A stretch of 64,000 nucleotides of DNA from Felis catus. Taxonomy: Eukaryota. The stretch's first letter is position 1. Every line of letters starts with the position of its first letter. Where the stretch lies: positions 135,224,001 through 135,288,000 of the forward strand of contig NC_058368.1 in NCBI RefSeq assembly GCF_018350175.1, read 5' to 3'. The translations under genes were made by a program, and so were the position numbers. The notes below the pieces were generated by a model. It made no database searches. It saw only the letters and a list, made by a program, of their open reading frames with translations, and was not told the DNA's origin. This document shows, one piece after another, positions 63,892 to 64,000 of this stretch.

Positions 63892-63936
63892 AAAAAGAGG
63901 AAATTCAAGCTGTAGCTATCTTTAAAAAAAGAGTGA

Positions 63937-64000
63937 GGGGCACCTGGATGGCTCAGTCATTTGGGCATCTGACTTCGGCTCAGGTCATGATCTCCTGGTT
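63937..64000 (+). mobile_element. SINEC 5' part (runs off window)
   Basis: ggggcacctggatggctcagtc..gacttcggctcaggtcatgatctc. Confidence 0.9.

Overview
Mammalian, almost certainly felid (cat-family), genomic DNA. It carries about 30 carnivore tRNA-derived SINEC copies of the feline type and a young L1. I find no supportable host protein-coding exon, structural RNA gene or CRISPR array, so the window reads as intronic or intergenic. The only long ORF (20755-22515) is the RT part of a 5'-truncated, disabled L1 (19797-23238, 15-bp TSD). Most other listed ORFs are read-through of SINEs, microsatellites or random sequence. The most interesting items are absent from, or not evident in, the ORF track: (1) a piggyBac (Looper-like) transposon fossil with readable transposase motifs (~11.9-13.5 kb); (2) an ancient CR1/L3 LINE whose collinear RT motifs are split over ~7 kb by younger insertions; (3) an ERV-L-class provirus (LTR16/ERV3-16A3-like) with both LTRs, a gag remnant and an intact 5-bp TSD (45932-48997); (4) a 5'-inverted (twin-primed) L1; (5) nested, tandem and inverted SINE arrangements; (6) tiny TSD-flanked inserts; (7) candidate enhancer-like unique segments. 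I see no evidence for a wholly new biological system. Subfamily names are from recall of consensus sequences, not a database search, and boundaries of old repeats are approximate.
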